Positions 1 through 12,857 of a stretch of DNA of 64,000 nucleotides are shown piece after piece. Below the pieces are notes generated by a model that saw only the letters and a list, made by a program, of their open reading frames with translations, was not told where the DNA came from and did no database searches. Both the position numbers and the translations under genes were made by a program. How positions within the stretch are numbered: position 1 is the first letter of the stretch; every line of letters starts with the position of its first letter. Source of the stretch: Selaginella moellendorffii (Eukaryota; Plantae; Lycopodiophyta); assembly GCF_000143415.4 (NCBI RefSeq), contig NW_003314350.1:496001-560000 (forward strand). Direction: 5' to 3'.

Positions 1-259
1 GCCTGCTTGCTCGTGCTCGCCAAGAACCAGCACACGCGCCCTTCTCCTCTTCAAACCGAATGACGGGCTGCCACGGCCGTCACCCTGAAGGGCAGGAAAG
101 ATCCCCCGAATCTTTAAATCTGGATATTCTTTGGATATTTCATTTGTGACGGTTACAAAAGAAGAAAAAATGGATTTTGTTCTTACCAGCGGATAAAAGT
201 CTGTCCAGCGGGTGAAAATTCTTTCTGGGACAAAAACGAATGCGCTGCTGCTTGCTTGG

Positions 260-2686
260 CTACATTCGTCGCGACTTCATGGGAGGTTGATAATTCGGGT
301 TTTGCATCGCGTCTCTCCTCCTTCCCTGGAGAAATAAAACCAGCAAGAAAGTTTATAACGTACTGTTCTACCGAGGTGATGCTATGTGCTCTGCTAAGAG
401 CGAAAGAAAGAACGAAGTTTTTGTACCTGGTGTTGCTGGTGTTGATGGTGTTGATGCTGCTGCTGCTGCTGCTGCTGTTGTTGGTGATGAGCAACCTGCT
501 GGAGCTGCTGGCCTCTCTGGACGAACATATTCGCGGCGAGGCCGGCCATGGCTGGCTGAGCGCCCACGTTGAAAGCTCCCATGCTCGCAGTTTGTAGCCT
601 CTGCATTCCGACCAAGGGCATCTGCTGGTGGTGCATGGGACGAACCGCATTTGCAGTCGCACTAGCTGCGGCAGCTGATGCTGCTGACGCGGGGAGCGAG
701 TTGGAGGTCGACATCTGAGAGCCACGAAATGTGGAAACCATCAGAAAGCTGCTGCCACCACCACACTGCAGAGGGGAAAAAAAGGCTTGTTTTCTTTTCC
801 TGTCTCGTACCATCTGGGTGTTTTGGATGGAGCCACTGCCTTCGAAATCCGTGGAGCTATCCACGGGACGCGCAGGGTACTGCACAACTTTCTCGCCGGG
901 TTGGCCATAGACAAGTGCACTACCTTCCAAAATTGCGCATGGTTAGATGACCCCTCACGAAAGATAAAGCAAACAAATGGTTCTGATGAGAAAACGACGC
1001 ACTTACTTTCGACCAGGGAGGGGATCGCTTCGGAAATATCTGTACAGAAAAAAAAAAAAGGAAAACACAAGCAGAGGTCAGGGTGCGTACATCCACTACA
1101 AACTACAGATCGTACTCGTGATCCAGCGCTTGTGCTGCAGTTATACGCTTTACTGGGTCATACCTGCACGTCTCGAGAAGGTTAGACAGCAAGTACGCTT
1201 GTATACAGAGAGTTTACTCGAGCATTCGTGATAGCAAGTCGAATGCTAGGCCCTTCGGTTGGAGATTGACGACGGTGTGCAAACCAGGATTATCGCTGTA
1301 GGGACAGACCAGAAAAGGTGGCATAACGCGCAGGTGAAAGTAACGACACTTACTACTTTCGACTCTGGATTAGCTGACGGTTAGCTAACCAATGCGGCAA
1401 ATTGGAAAGCATCGGCCATCTTTCTGTTGTCGGATGACCTGCACATCGGACTCTCTCCATTAGAAACTTAAGCTCAAACAACACCAACCATCACCTAAGA
1501 CTTTGAAAATTTTGTCAAGTTGGTCCAGCTGAAGTAAAGGAAAACACACAGTTGGTGAATCAAACAGGTGGCGGATAGTACCTGAAACGGATTTGGGCCT
1601 GTTTTATCCTCTGCACCCTGGAAGAGAGGCTTCAAGGTCAAAAGCTCCGCAAAAATACATCCTACTGCCCACATATCTAGTGAGATATATGATTAAGGAA
1701 CGCATACGGCGTGATATAACAAAACGATCTTAGAAAGGATACCGACAGCACAGGTGTAGTGTTTAGCTCCGAGAAGAAGCTCGGGTGCCCTGTACCATAT
1801 CGTAACAACGACCTACAAAGTGAAAGAAAACTTCATGAAACAAAATGCAAAGAGGAGAAGTTAATACTCACCCCATTGTCAGATAAAGGCTTCAATGGCG
1901 CCTGATAAATTCTTGCGAGTCCAAAATCACCAATTTTGACAAGTCCTTGCTCGTCACCGTCCCCCGACACTCCCATAACCTGACGATCCCAATGAATACT
2001 CAAGTCAAGCGAGCGGAACGAAATTATAGACTCACTAATATGTTTGATGGTTTGAGATCTCGATGAATAATCCAGTTACTGCCAGCACGTAAGTGAGCTT
2101 CGGATTTAGCTAGTAGAAAACTTCACGAACCTATGAAGGTAATTGATTCCATTCAAAATTTGCCACAGCAAAGACTTGACGGTGTAGGGATTGATCTGGA
2201 AAAGTAGCTTCTCACGGTGGTGACGAATAATTTCCTGTCAAGAAGAAAGAAAAGAAAAACAGATGAAGAGAGGAAGAGTCAAGGAGTGCTCGAAAACTTA
2301 CATAAAGATCGTGCTCGGCATACTCAAATGCCAAATACAAAGACATATCCGCGTGATTGATGTGCACATCGACGAGTTTGACGACATTCTCGTGCATACA
2401 TTCCCTTAGCAGCTGCGCAAAAAAAAAAAAAAATCCAAACTTTAAGCGAGAATGCCGCCATTTCCCACAATCCACTGACCATAATCTCCCTAATCGCGGT
2501 CGGGGAGACGCCATCGCCCTCCTTGGACTGCTTAAACTTCTTAATCGCGATCTTCACGCCTCGATTCGACACGAGCTTACTCTTGGCCAGGTAGACGAGG
2601 CCGTAAGTGCCCTCCCCGATCTTCCCCAGGAGCTCGTACTGCTGGAGCCACGCCGGCCGCGCGCGCTTGGCGATCCCATCCGCCAT
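260..2686 (-). CDS. CDKE1: Cyclin-dependent kinase E;1 / CDK8 (Mediator kinase module), multi-exon
   Basis: Exons spliced by eye give [67 protein letters not shown] and a Q/H-rich tail. Last exon 260-325 encodes [21 protein letters not shown], resembling the plant CDKE C-terminus. GT-AG introns throughout. Confidence 0.95.
427..490 (-). repeat. CAG/CAA/CAC microsatellite encoding the polyQ/His tract of CDK8
   Basis: tgctgctgctgctgctgctg and interleaved gtt/gtg/gat triplets; translates [21 protein letters not shown]. Confidence 0.85.
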
Positions 2687-2832
2687 TCCCTCCCCCCTCC
2701 AAAAACCCTACCATTCAAGAGCCCTAGAAAACAGGGCCTACTATTAGGGCTTTTTTGAAACTTTAATTACTTTTTAATTTAATTTTTATTACAGTTTTTT
2801 ATTTTTAATTCTTAGCTTTAATTTTAATCTAA

Positions 2833-3830
2833 TTAATAAAAATATGTTTCTGATATATAACTAGCTTCCCGTTTCATCATGAGCATCTTATACATTTCAC
2901 GACATGTTCTTTTGTCAGGATCCAATAAGTTGCAAAATGCCTCAAACAAGAGCCATTCATCCTTCCAGTGAGTTATCAGCATCTGCTTGACGACTTTAGG
3001 GAACGGCTGGTACAAATTTCTGGTTGCTAGCTCAAACAGGGATATAACAGTATCTTTTTCGACTGGCTCAGTGTATATACTCTCTAGAGAAGCTTCGGCT
3101 AATTTTTTATCGTCCAATTTGATCAGGTTTCTCTTCATGGCATCCCCTTGTCAAGGTGGTGGATAAGGTGTGAAGTTGGGTTCACTGCCACCCCTGCCTC
3201 TACAGCTTGTTTCAGGACAGATACAATGCTCTCGGGGCCTATAGTACAATCCAATGCAGCCTGGTAAGCTTGTCCTTCATCACATATCTCAAGTGCTAAA
3301 CTGAGAGCCTTATCATATCTCATTCCTGAGAAAACATATTTGGCCTGTATTTTAACCCCCTTGGCTTTTGCCTCCAAACCCATAAACTCCCAACACGAAC
3401 TTCTTTCCAATACGTGTTCGTAAACATGTCGCTTTGCAGCGGCATTCGGATGCTCCTCGACAATCTTGCGGAAGATCTCCTCGCTGGCTGTTCACAGCAG
3501 CATCTTCTCAAACACCCCAATCTCGCGTTTGTAACCCAGAGCTTTCATTGTGTCCATGGCGTACAAGAACTTGGGAGGCAAAAGGATATGCAAGCGCTCT
3601 CCTGAAAGTCTCCTCTTCACATGTTTCGTCCAGAAATTCCAGAGCCGTGTATGCAAAACCTTCGTCAAGAAGCCTTCGGACCCCGCTGAGTTTGTGGAAA
3701 ACTAAAGCTTTCAATGGTGCTGCCTTGGCAAGAATATCATCAATCAGCTCGTCCGAGAAGAGTTCTTGACATTCCCTGTGAAGGATGCCAAGCCCACGGC
3801 ACAATTGGCTGTCCAATTCCACGTTTCCAC
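2833..3830 (-). pseudogene. Frameshifted copy D of an unrecognised helical-protein family
   Basis: Split ORFs 3508-3822, 3320-3520, 3135-3410 and 2833-3138 align with 12858-13870 (ELDSxLCxGLG, RLLDExxAxxALExLDETCxEETF, DKALSL, QAYQAALDC, LFELAT). Confidence 0.75.
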
Positions 3831-4304
3831 AAACTTTCCATCATTCCAAACCTACCACCTTCTTTAGACTAATTTAAATTACCCCTCAATATATAATTTG
3901 GCCTTTGTAGTGGGAAGCATGGCCGACAACGTTGGACTACATGACTACTGCCTTGTTTAAGTGCAAGGCTTTTTCAATTGCACCAAGCTTCACTGGGGTC
4001 GAAAGTAAGGGTCATACAGGAACTTCTACTTATTTTGGCTTAGCTTGCAAGATAATTGCATCAGTTGGCCAGCTAATTGCTACCTAGTGGCTATGATGAA
4101 TCACTCTCTTGCATGGAATGTTCATCTTCCAGTGGGGAGTCTAGCATCGAGGAGGAAGAGTTGCAGTGTTGCAGAAGGAAGAGCAGTGTCAATATAAACT
4201 AAAAGAGCTACACCTTCAACATCAATTATTGCACACTTGATAGACAAATCTATATTGCTCCTAATATTTTCCTCATTGAGAGGGTAAATGAAAAACTTGA
4301 CCCC

Positions 4305-4740
4305 CACAATATGGTTTTCATTATATAATGACTTTTTATTCTATGTGTTTTTTACTATAAATAACATATAGTTTTCTCAAGTATTATTCTGAAAATGGAG
4401 TTAATCTATATTTCAACATACATAACGTTGTGGTGTATTATATATGTAATATAAAACTAGAACACTATGGTTTTCAATGTAGATAACATGTGATTCTCTC
4501 AAGTATAATTTTAAAACCAGAACACAATCTGGTTTTCATGTGTACTACATGTACTGAAATACAATATGGTTTTTAATGTAAATAACCATATAAATAATCA
4601 TATGGTTTACACTATCTAATACACTATATAATGATTTCTTCAAACATTTTGAAACTCAATATAGTTTTTGTTGTACATGACAATATGATTATCTAGAGCA
4701 CTATTAAAAAACTGATACACAATCTAGTTTTCAATTGAGG
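4305..4740. repeat. AT-rich degenerate tandem repeat, core CAATATGGTTTTCA
   Basis: About 8-9 imperfect recurrences (caatatggttttca, actatggttttcaatg, caatctggttttca, caatatggtttttaatg, caatatagtttttg, caatctagttttca). Confidence 0.55.
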
Positions 4741-5459
4741 CTCAAATCTTAGTTATCTTAGCAAAGCCCCATTCTTTGACCATGGCACTTCTTCTCTGCT
4801 CAGCCATGGCAACAGCATGGTGGGGGCATGGTCATGGGACTTCTCTGTTATCAATGTCCACCGACCAGTCCAGTTTGTAGTTCCAGGCCGAGGACGTATC
4901 CTTGAATGTGTTCACCACGCAAACCTGGTGTCGAGCTTTGGAGCGATAAGGATGGCAATCCTGCTCAGCCATGGCACTGGCTAGTGCCATGGGACTTGCA
5001 CTACAGCTTCACTTTTTTCTTGAGAACCTGCACCAATCCCGTAGCAATGCTAAGGTGCCAGTGCCGCATTGGCAGCGCTATGACTATGCTGCCACATCCA
5101 CACGATGGCGGCCCCATTCCTTTCATGAGCGTGTGGCACTGGCCAAGCAGGATCTAGCAAACAAGGCCGAGTCATTTTTTTTTTCCTGTTTTTTTTTTGT
5201 GTTTCTTCAATATAGCCTAAAACATAACCTTTTTAAAGTATGGTGATCTTGAGCAAGTTCATCTCGTCAACGGCTAGAAAGTTGGTAGTGCCAGAGGGCA
5301 CCACGGGGATTCCAAACTAGCATATGAACCATGTAAAAAAATAATTGATCTTGTAATTGTAATTAGAATGTCCAACAAAATCATAAAAGTTGGCATATAA
5401 TTTTTTTCCTATTTATGGCCACCACCACGGAGTATTTAATGTCCAATTTCTGCCTCTAT

Positions 5460-5900
5460 AGCCTTTTTAGGACAGAGGCAATGCTATCTACTACAATGGC
5501 AGAAGCATGACAAGTTTTTCTTATCTCCTTGATGCCAAAACAACAAAACTCCCAACACAATCTTCTCTCCAATGAGTACTTGTAAACATGTATACCTGCA
5601 GCGACAGTAATCATCTCGCAGAAGATCTTCTTGCTGGCTGTCCATGACAGCTCTTGTGTTTGTAACCCAAAGTTTTTATTGTTTCCACGGCATACAAAAA
5701 TCTAGGAGGCTCATATGGACAAAAGGATATGTCTTCACTCCAGGAATTCCAGAGCTGTGTGTGCCAAGGACAGACCATTGTGTTAGGGTGTCTCTTCCCA
5801 ATGAGCTTAAAAACCAACACTTGCAGTGCTGCCTTGCCAAGAATTATATCAATCAGCTCATCTGAAAGGAGTTCTTGACATTCATGCCAAGCGCTACAAC
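5460..5900 (-). pseudogene. Deleted partial copy C of the same unrecognised family
   Basis: HECQELLSDELIDIILGKAALQVLVFKL, ETIKTLGYKH and GQPARRSSAR match copies D and A. Confidence 0.7.
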
Positions 5901-7173
5901 ATGTCCCACTCCAACTGAGATACGCAAAAAGAGGCTGGTAAATAGCACACTTTTGCTTTACCAACTTACATTGGAAAACATGCTTCAAACCTTGGATGGT
6001 GATAGGTTTCTGATATGTGGTACAGATTCTGTTGGAATGCCAAAAGCTCAAAGTGGGTTAATGATTTATTTTCTCCTCATCAAACCATTGTCCACCAAAA
6101 CATCAATTATAACTTTCTTAGATGGAAACAACAATTCATCTCAATCTTCCTTCAGAGATAAAAGGAAATGAAAATGAGCCATTCTAGTGTGAGATAGTTG
6201 TAAAAACATTTGCTTTTGTGCTCTTTCTGATCCTAGTCAAAATTGAGGCCCTAGTCAAAATTGAGGAATCTCACGTGATGGAGAATCATTGGGGGAGGTT
6301 GGCACTTCAGCTAGAGTGACTTGAATTTAAGCTGGAGTTAGAGTAACTAGTGTTTGAGGAACAATTGGTTTTGTGGGAGTTTGATTCATTGAATGAAATC
6401 CTTTATAGAACTGCAAACAACTTTTGGTTTATAATTGTGTTTGAACATACATGGAAAAAAACTTTGAAAAAGTAGACTGGACTTAATTGTGAATACTAAT
6501 AAATACATCTAGCATCCATACAAGATAAAGTTTCGATGTAATCTCAAGAACCAAGCTTTGATAGGATCTAAATTATGCTAGAAAAGCAAAAACAGACTTG
6601 GTTAAAATTTGATATCCTTTGATTTGTCTATGGGTCAATTTAAAAGTGGGGTTGTGTCACAAATGTAATTATGGGTATCAAACGTTATTTGCTGGCAGTA
6701 TTTTTAAATATTCTTCTTGTACTACCACAATGACAAAAAATTAATACTACTCGAACCTTTATCAATCTTCATTTAAATTAGTTGAGAAATTGATCTTCCA
6801 TGAAGAACATATGAATATAGTTCCTATGTGTTATTAATTAAACATACTTAAAATGGTTAGAAAGACTCAATTATTCACAAAGTGAGACATTTATTGAGTA
6901 TGGATTCCTTTACACATGTAAATTCTACTTTCATAATAGGTATAATGTCAAAAGCACATATAAATTGTCATCTACCTATCCTATAATAGTGAAAACCACA
7001 TATAAATTCCTATAATAATTAATTATAGGGTATACCCATCTTGTGAAGGAATATCCCATGGAAAACACTAAAANNNNNNNNNNNNNNNNNNNNNNNNNNN
7101 NNNNNNNNNNNNNNNNNNNNNNNNNNNNNNNNNNNNNNNNNNNNNNNNNNNNNNNNNNNNNNNNNNNNNNNNN

Positions 7174-7303
7174 ACACCCTTGGAATCATCACAAGAGTTT
7201 TGTGTGAAGGCTGGCAAGCCTGAGGCACATATGGCTGTCCAATTGCACGTCTTTCTACCACCAACAAAAGAAGCCCCTTCACCATCTCCTCGGGACTTTG
7301 CAC
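7174..7303 (-). pseudogene. 5' end of copy B of the unrecognised family, running into the N gap
   Basis: atggctgtccaattgcacgtctttctaccacca and actttgcac match 13822-13870. Confidence 0.6.
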
Positions 7304-7349
7304 CCTCTGTTTTCAATATTTATACATACATGTGTTTCCATAATTTATA

Positions 7350-7835
7350 GTGTTTCCTTCAGGAAATTCTGGAAGTTGCTCTTCTAGCGAAGCTTTTGCT
7401 TCATTGACTTCAGTGATCTCTGCGGCAGAAGCATCACAGTGATGCACAGCAATGTCATTCGTGAGACTGAACGCCAAGAATGTGATCCGGATCCTCCACT
7501 GCAAACATCTCCACTCTCATATTCTGGGACAAGCCAAGTAGTGTTCCTCTTTGCGCACTGCTCTCATTTAGAAAGATGATCAAGAGATGGTATGATGAAG
7601 CATACTTAACTTGATCGCACAATTTGCATGACTAGCAGTCCTTTTGTTTCATTTCAGCTGAAAGTAGGGTACATTTCTTTCGATCAATCTAAAAGTTGCA
7701 AAGATTTTACCTGGACCAGGTGGCTGAAGAAAACGTTTATTTTAAATTGCAAATAGCTTGATCCATGCCTCGCTGGTTCTCTGACACAACAAAGCCACTG
7801 TAATCAACCAATTGCTGCTAGCTGGAGAAAATGGA
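7350..7835 (-). pseudogene. 5'-truncated degenerate copy of the gamma-glutamyl peptidase gene
   Basis: Colinear with 13975-14715 (ITEVNEAKASLE, RVEMFAVED, ttcagctgaaag, gccactgtaatca), with introns retained and many deletions. Confidence 0.85.
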
Positions 7836-7859
7836 TCAGGTTTAATTTTAATATAGAAT

Positions 7860-8033
7860 TGTGAGTGCATGGAATATGGAAAGGGAATATAGAAATGTGC
7901 ATATCAATTAGCCCAAAAACCTTAGCTTATATACAGGAGCGAGTGGTCCGGATTGAAACCAATCCGACGGCTACCAAAATCCACTATGCTAATATTAGTA
8001 TACGGCATCATAACCGTACACTTGGCCCTCACA
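7860..8033 (-). repeat. 3' LTR of Gypsy copy 1
   Basis: Matches 12665-12838 with 8 substitutions; adjoined by PPT GAGAGGAGGGGATGA at 8034-8048. Confidence 0.95.
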
Positions 8034-11000
8034 TCATCCCCTCCTCTCGGAATAATGGAAGGCCATCAGGGTTCTCTTGTAGATGGGCCGGGATCTGGAG
8101 GAATGTCAGGAGGAGGCATCGGCGGATCTGTAGACGGTATTAACTGCTCCTGATCCCTTTGTATGAAGTGTTTTAATCGCTGCACATGCACAATCTCCGG
8201 AGGATCGGCCTGCTGGACGTCATGCCGAACCTCATAAACTTGCAGTCCAACTTGCCGCAACACCCGATACGGTCCTTTCCACTGCGCAAGGAGCCCCTTA
8301 GATAAACCACGTACCGTAAGATGGGGAAAACGGACTAACACCAAATCATCCACTTTGTACTCCGTAGGTGGACGATGATGGGAGTTGTAGCGCCGTTGTT
8401 GTCCCACTTGTACGCGGCCTAAGTGTTCGGCAGACTCTGCTCAGACAAGTGGAAGAATGCTGGTCAAATATTGATCCCATGACCTAGCATCAGGAGCTCA
8501 TGGCAATTGCGAAGGTAAACCCAACTCTGTTGGTAATATTGGATCATGACCATATAGAAGTTTATATGGTGAAGCACCAACAGAACTCTGCACCCCTGTG
8601 ACATATGCATACCGAAGAAATGGCAAATAACCATCCCAGTCCGAATGCTGAAAGTTCACATACTTCGCAATCATCCCTTTGAATGTTCGAACGAGCCGTT
8701 CCACTAGACCGTCTGATTGTGGATGATAAGCACTCGTAAAAGTGTGGCGTATCCCCAACCGAGATGTCAAAACATGAAATACCTCAGCCATAAATGCAGG
8801 ACCATTATCCGAAAGAATCCGCTCTGGACAAGAATGCTGGAACACCACTTGATTGAGGAGGAAGTATCCAACAGTAGTTGCAGAGGCACTAACCAGAGCA
8901 CCAACTTCCACCCAACGAGTCAAGTAGTCAGAAGCAATAATAACATACTCATTGCCAGCAGTCGATCGTGGAAAAGGTCCCATAAGATCAAACGCCACCA
9001 ACTCAAACGGATGGGAAACTACAATTGACTCCAACCGTCCTTTCGCAGCACAAGGGGGAGTATTACGAGCTTGGCACCAAACGCAACTACGCACATACCG
9101 GATAATATCACGTCGCATCTCCGGCCAATAGAAAGACCTACGCAGCTTCTCAGTGACACGACAGTGTCCCATATGCCCACCTAGAACAGGAGAATCATGG
9201 TAGGCATGGAGAAACCGCGGAATAAACACCGAAGGCACCACCAACCGTAAATGATCATTAGGATCCGTCCCCACAAAATAAAGAAGGCCATCTTCAAGGC
9301 GATATTGAGAATGTAAATGCCGGAAAGGCAAGTCATCAGTAAGTGATGCAGGATTCTCAAACCCATCTCGAAGCCTTCGAATCCATGGCTCAATCTTTTG
9401 AGCCTCGCGAACCTTATCAAGAGAAGGTAAATCTTGCTCTACGCCCTGTGGACACTAAACGTCAAGGACAGCAACCGCTGGCAGCACAGAATCCTCATCT
9501 AGAAAATCCACAGACGCTGGAACAACAGGTTCGTCAGAAACATGAGAAGTGAGTGGAGAAAGAAGAGGAGCTCGAAAAAGGGCATCAGCATCAGCCATAG
9601 AACTCCCTGGGCGATGAACAACATCGGAATCATATATCTGAAGCTTCAAAGCTCATCGAGCCGTACGACCAACCAGGTCCTTCCGCTTCAATAATGAAGT
9701 AACAGCAGCATGGTCACCTTCAAGTAACGTCTGAGAACCATGTAGATATGCATGAAGTTTCTCGAAACCCCAGACTGCTGCTAAACACTCCTTCTCCGTC
9801 GTGGAGTAGTTTAGCTCCGCTGGTTGTAATGTACGGCTTATGTATGCAATGGGATGGCCCTGACCAGGCACACTCGAGCTCTCTTGCATCAACACACCTC
9901 CAAGACCAATGTCAGAAGCATCTACACGCAAAATAAAAGGTTGAGTGTAGTCAGGATATGCCAAAACCGGAGGAGTCATCAATAGCTCTTTGAGATCCAC
10001 GAACGCCCGCTCACAATCTGGAGACCAGATGAAAGATGACGTTGATGACTTCAGCAACGCTCGCAATGGTGTAGTGCGATCGGAAAGATGATCCACAAAA
10101 CGACCGAGATACTGCACCTTACCCAAAAAGCATTGCACATCATTCACACACTTCGGAGTAGGGAACTTTAGAACAGCCACAAGTTTGTCAGGATCAACTT
10201 GCAAACCCTCACGAGAAATACAGTACCCAAGATAAGTTGTGTCCTTAGACCCAAACACACACTTTGACTGCTTCAGCTTTAAACCAACATCACGTAGCCG
10301 ATCCAACACTTTACAAACATCACGAACGTGCCCCTCCCACGTCCCCTATGAGTGGATCAAGACATCATCAATGAAGTCAGCAGTCACCTCCGGCATATCG
10401 CAAAGAACCTCGTCCATCATCCGTTGGAAAGTTGCTGGAGCATTGTTCAAACCAAACGGCATCACCAAGAACTCGTACAAACCAAATGGTGTACGAAATG
10501 CAGTCTTAGGAATATCTTCTTCGGCCATCAGTACTTGCCAATACCCAGAAGCAAGATTTAGCTTGGTGAACCAACGACTTCACCCCAGACGATCCAAGAG
10601 ATCAGCAATGTGAGGAAGAGGATACACATCTGGGATCGTCACTTCGTTTAACGGACGATAGTCGATGCAGAAACGAATACTCCCATCAGGCTTCGTCACA
10701 AGATGAGTTTCACATGCCCAAGGACTCCGCGACTTCCGAATAACACCCTTTTCCAGCATTTCCTTGACGTCTGCTTGTAAAATTTTGATCTCCTTAGGTG
10801 GCCGACGACGAATAGGAACCTTGATTGGACGAGCATCCCCGGTTGGAATCGGATGACGTGTGGCAATCTTGGCCCCAGATGATAGGTCAAATTCAAAGAG
10901 ATCAGAATACTCCTTCATGAGCCGGTCAACTGCTGCAACACAAAGATCGTCGGAGGGATCGGAAAAGGGAAAAGCAGAACAAAATGGAAACACAGAAGGA

Positions 11001-11477
11001 AAAAGTGGGGGAACAAAAGTAATGGAAGCAGAGGTAGAAGTAGAGGGACGAAGGGGTATGGAAGTGAGAGGAATGGATGAAACATAAGGAAGTATGAGAC
11101 AAGGGGGAGAAGCCTCAAAATCACACTTGGCATGATTGCGCTGCAACCAATCCATACCAAGAATGAGGTCAAAAGCTTGACTCGGCACCACCCGCAACGA
11201 CTGCAACTCAAGCTCGAGATCACCCACACGCACAACCAGGTCCACCTCATCCCGTGCACATGCATGTGTACGGCCGTTGCCATAAAGAATGAAAACTAGT
11301 TCTGCCGCACGACGCAAGTGTAGATGATAACGTGTGGCAACAGGTCGAGCAATAGAAGATTATCAACCAACACGGAGAGAATAATAGGAGACCTCTTGTT
11401 ATAAAAACGAGCTTGGAAAGTAAACACTGGATGAACTGGTGCCGAGTGAACCCCTTGATGATACTCCCGAAAGAAAG

Positions 11478-11541
11478 ATGGAGGGGTCACTGATTTATTC
11501 GCACAAGGTCCCTCCATTACTCGCGCGACTCCTCGTTTCCC
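11478..11541 (-). promoter_or_regulatory. -1 ribosomal frameshift signal at the gag-pol junction (G GGA AAC plus H-type pseudoknot)
   Basis: Slippery heptamer in gag frame, 6-nt spacer, S1 TCGCGCGAG/CTTGTGCGA, S2 ATGGAGGG/CCCTCCAT; protease is in the -1 frame. Confidence 0.8.
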
Positions 11542-12647
11542 GGATGCATCTTGGTGTCCAGACCTTCCACTGCAGCAGCACCCAGGGGACGTTGCTGACG
11601 CCAAGGTCTCCACCCAGGAAATGGAGGTCGCCAATCTGGAAAATGACGGCAACGCTGATAAGTATGACCAACTTCATCACACGCCCAGCAGCGAACATCA
11701 CGGCCACGACCACGTCCTCGCGCTTGTCCTTGGACTCGAGCAGCAGCAGCATCAACCTCCATTGGAACAGGACCATCACCCATAGGAAGTGGAGCGGAAG
11801 GACGTGCAGCGAGAAGTGGAAGAGGCGACGTCTCATAACGTTGTGCCAAGCGACGAGCATCGTCAAGGGTGGCAGGAGCAAGTGCATGCACAAGTTTGAC
11901 AAGATCTTGACGAAGTGCTGGCCACAACATTCCTAGCTTGATCCGCTCCGACATATTTGGCTCCGCACGAAGCAAAAGACTTCGGAAACGAACGCCAAAC
12001 TGCATCTGGCGAAGACGATGCAATTGTTGGAAAGCATCATCACAATCATCGGCATGTCCGAAGGCGCGTTTGAAGACGTCCAGGAGAACACTCCAATCCC
12101 CACGAGTGGCTGTGCTCAAACCATTGTACCACTGCAACGCCGTCCCTTGGAGACATGTGGGAAACTCACGCAACTATCGAGCATCATCCCAAGAATGATA
12201 TGTGGCAATCACCGTAAAGTGATCGAACTAATGGTACACGTCATCCCCAGGATTCCCGCGAAAGAACTCCGGCCGAACGCGAGGATTGGCACCAAGAGCA
12301 GGAGGAGCTGTACCACGTGCCGTGAACGCCGCCATCAACTGAGTTTGGTTGTTCAATTGCAAGCGCATAGCATCAAGCAATTGAACCAACTGCTACTCTA
12401 GAGTCAAAGGAGGAGATTGCGGATCGGCCATGAAGATGAACGAAAAAGAAAGAGCAAAAGAAGAGAAATGACAAAAAAGCTGGAAAGAAATGGTAGATCT
12501 AGACAATGCAAAAGCTAAATTTAAACCAAAATTCTAAAAGGAAAGAACAAAAGAAAGGAAATGGAAAAAGCTAGATTTAGACGATGCAAAAGCTAGATCT
12601 AAACCGAAATCCCAAATCCAAGCACTCCCCAGGGACAATCAAAGGTG

Positions 12648-12663
12648 CCCCTCACCTCCACCA
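12648..12663 (-). promoter_or_regulatory. Primer binding site, tRNA-Ala-like
   Basis: TGGTGGAGGTGAGGGG one base inside the 5' LTR. Confidence 0.7.
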
Positions 12664-12664
12664 A

Positions 12665-12838
12665 TGTGAGTGCATGGAATATGGAAAGGGAATACAGAAA
12701 TGTGCATATTAATTAGCCCAAAAACCCTAGCTTATATACAAGAGCGAGTGATCCGGATTGAAACCAATCCGACGGCTACCAAAATCCACTACGCTAATAT
12801 TAGTATACGGCATCGTAGCCGTACACTTGGCCCTCACA
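12665..12838 (-). repeat. 5' LTR of Gypsy copy 1
   Basis: TG...CA ends, followed by TSD GAAT. Confidence 0.95.
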
Positions 12839-12857
12839 GAATATATTATTTTCCAAT

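Larger units (their letters stand above)
7860..12838 (-). mobile_element. Ty3/Gypsy LTR retrotransposon, copy 1 (defective, no chromodomain)
   Basis: LTRs 7860-8033 and 12665-12838 (174 bp, TGTGAG...CTCACA); TSD GAAT; gag with CWACDEVGHTYQRC; RT (FCIDYR, FIDD); RNase H (DAS, EKE); integrase (HHCC, DDE, GPY) in Gypsy order; stops and deletions including the protease DTG. Confidence 0.97.

Noticed and set aside
183-725. ORFs with poly-Ser, poly-Leu or poly-Ala tracts
   Set aside because: Alternative frames of the CDK8 CAG repeat.
7855-12842. 5-bp TSD parse (AGAAT; AGTTT for copy 2)
   Set aside because: It requires taking the terminal A from the LTR, but the internal LTR ends also read CTCACA.
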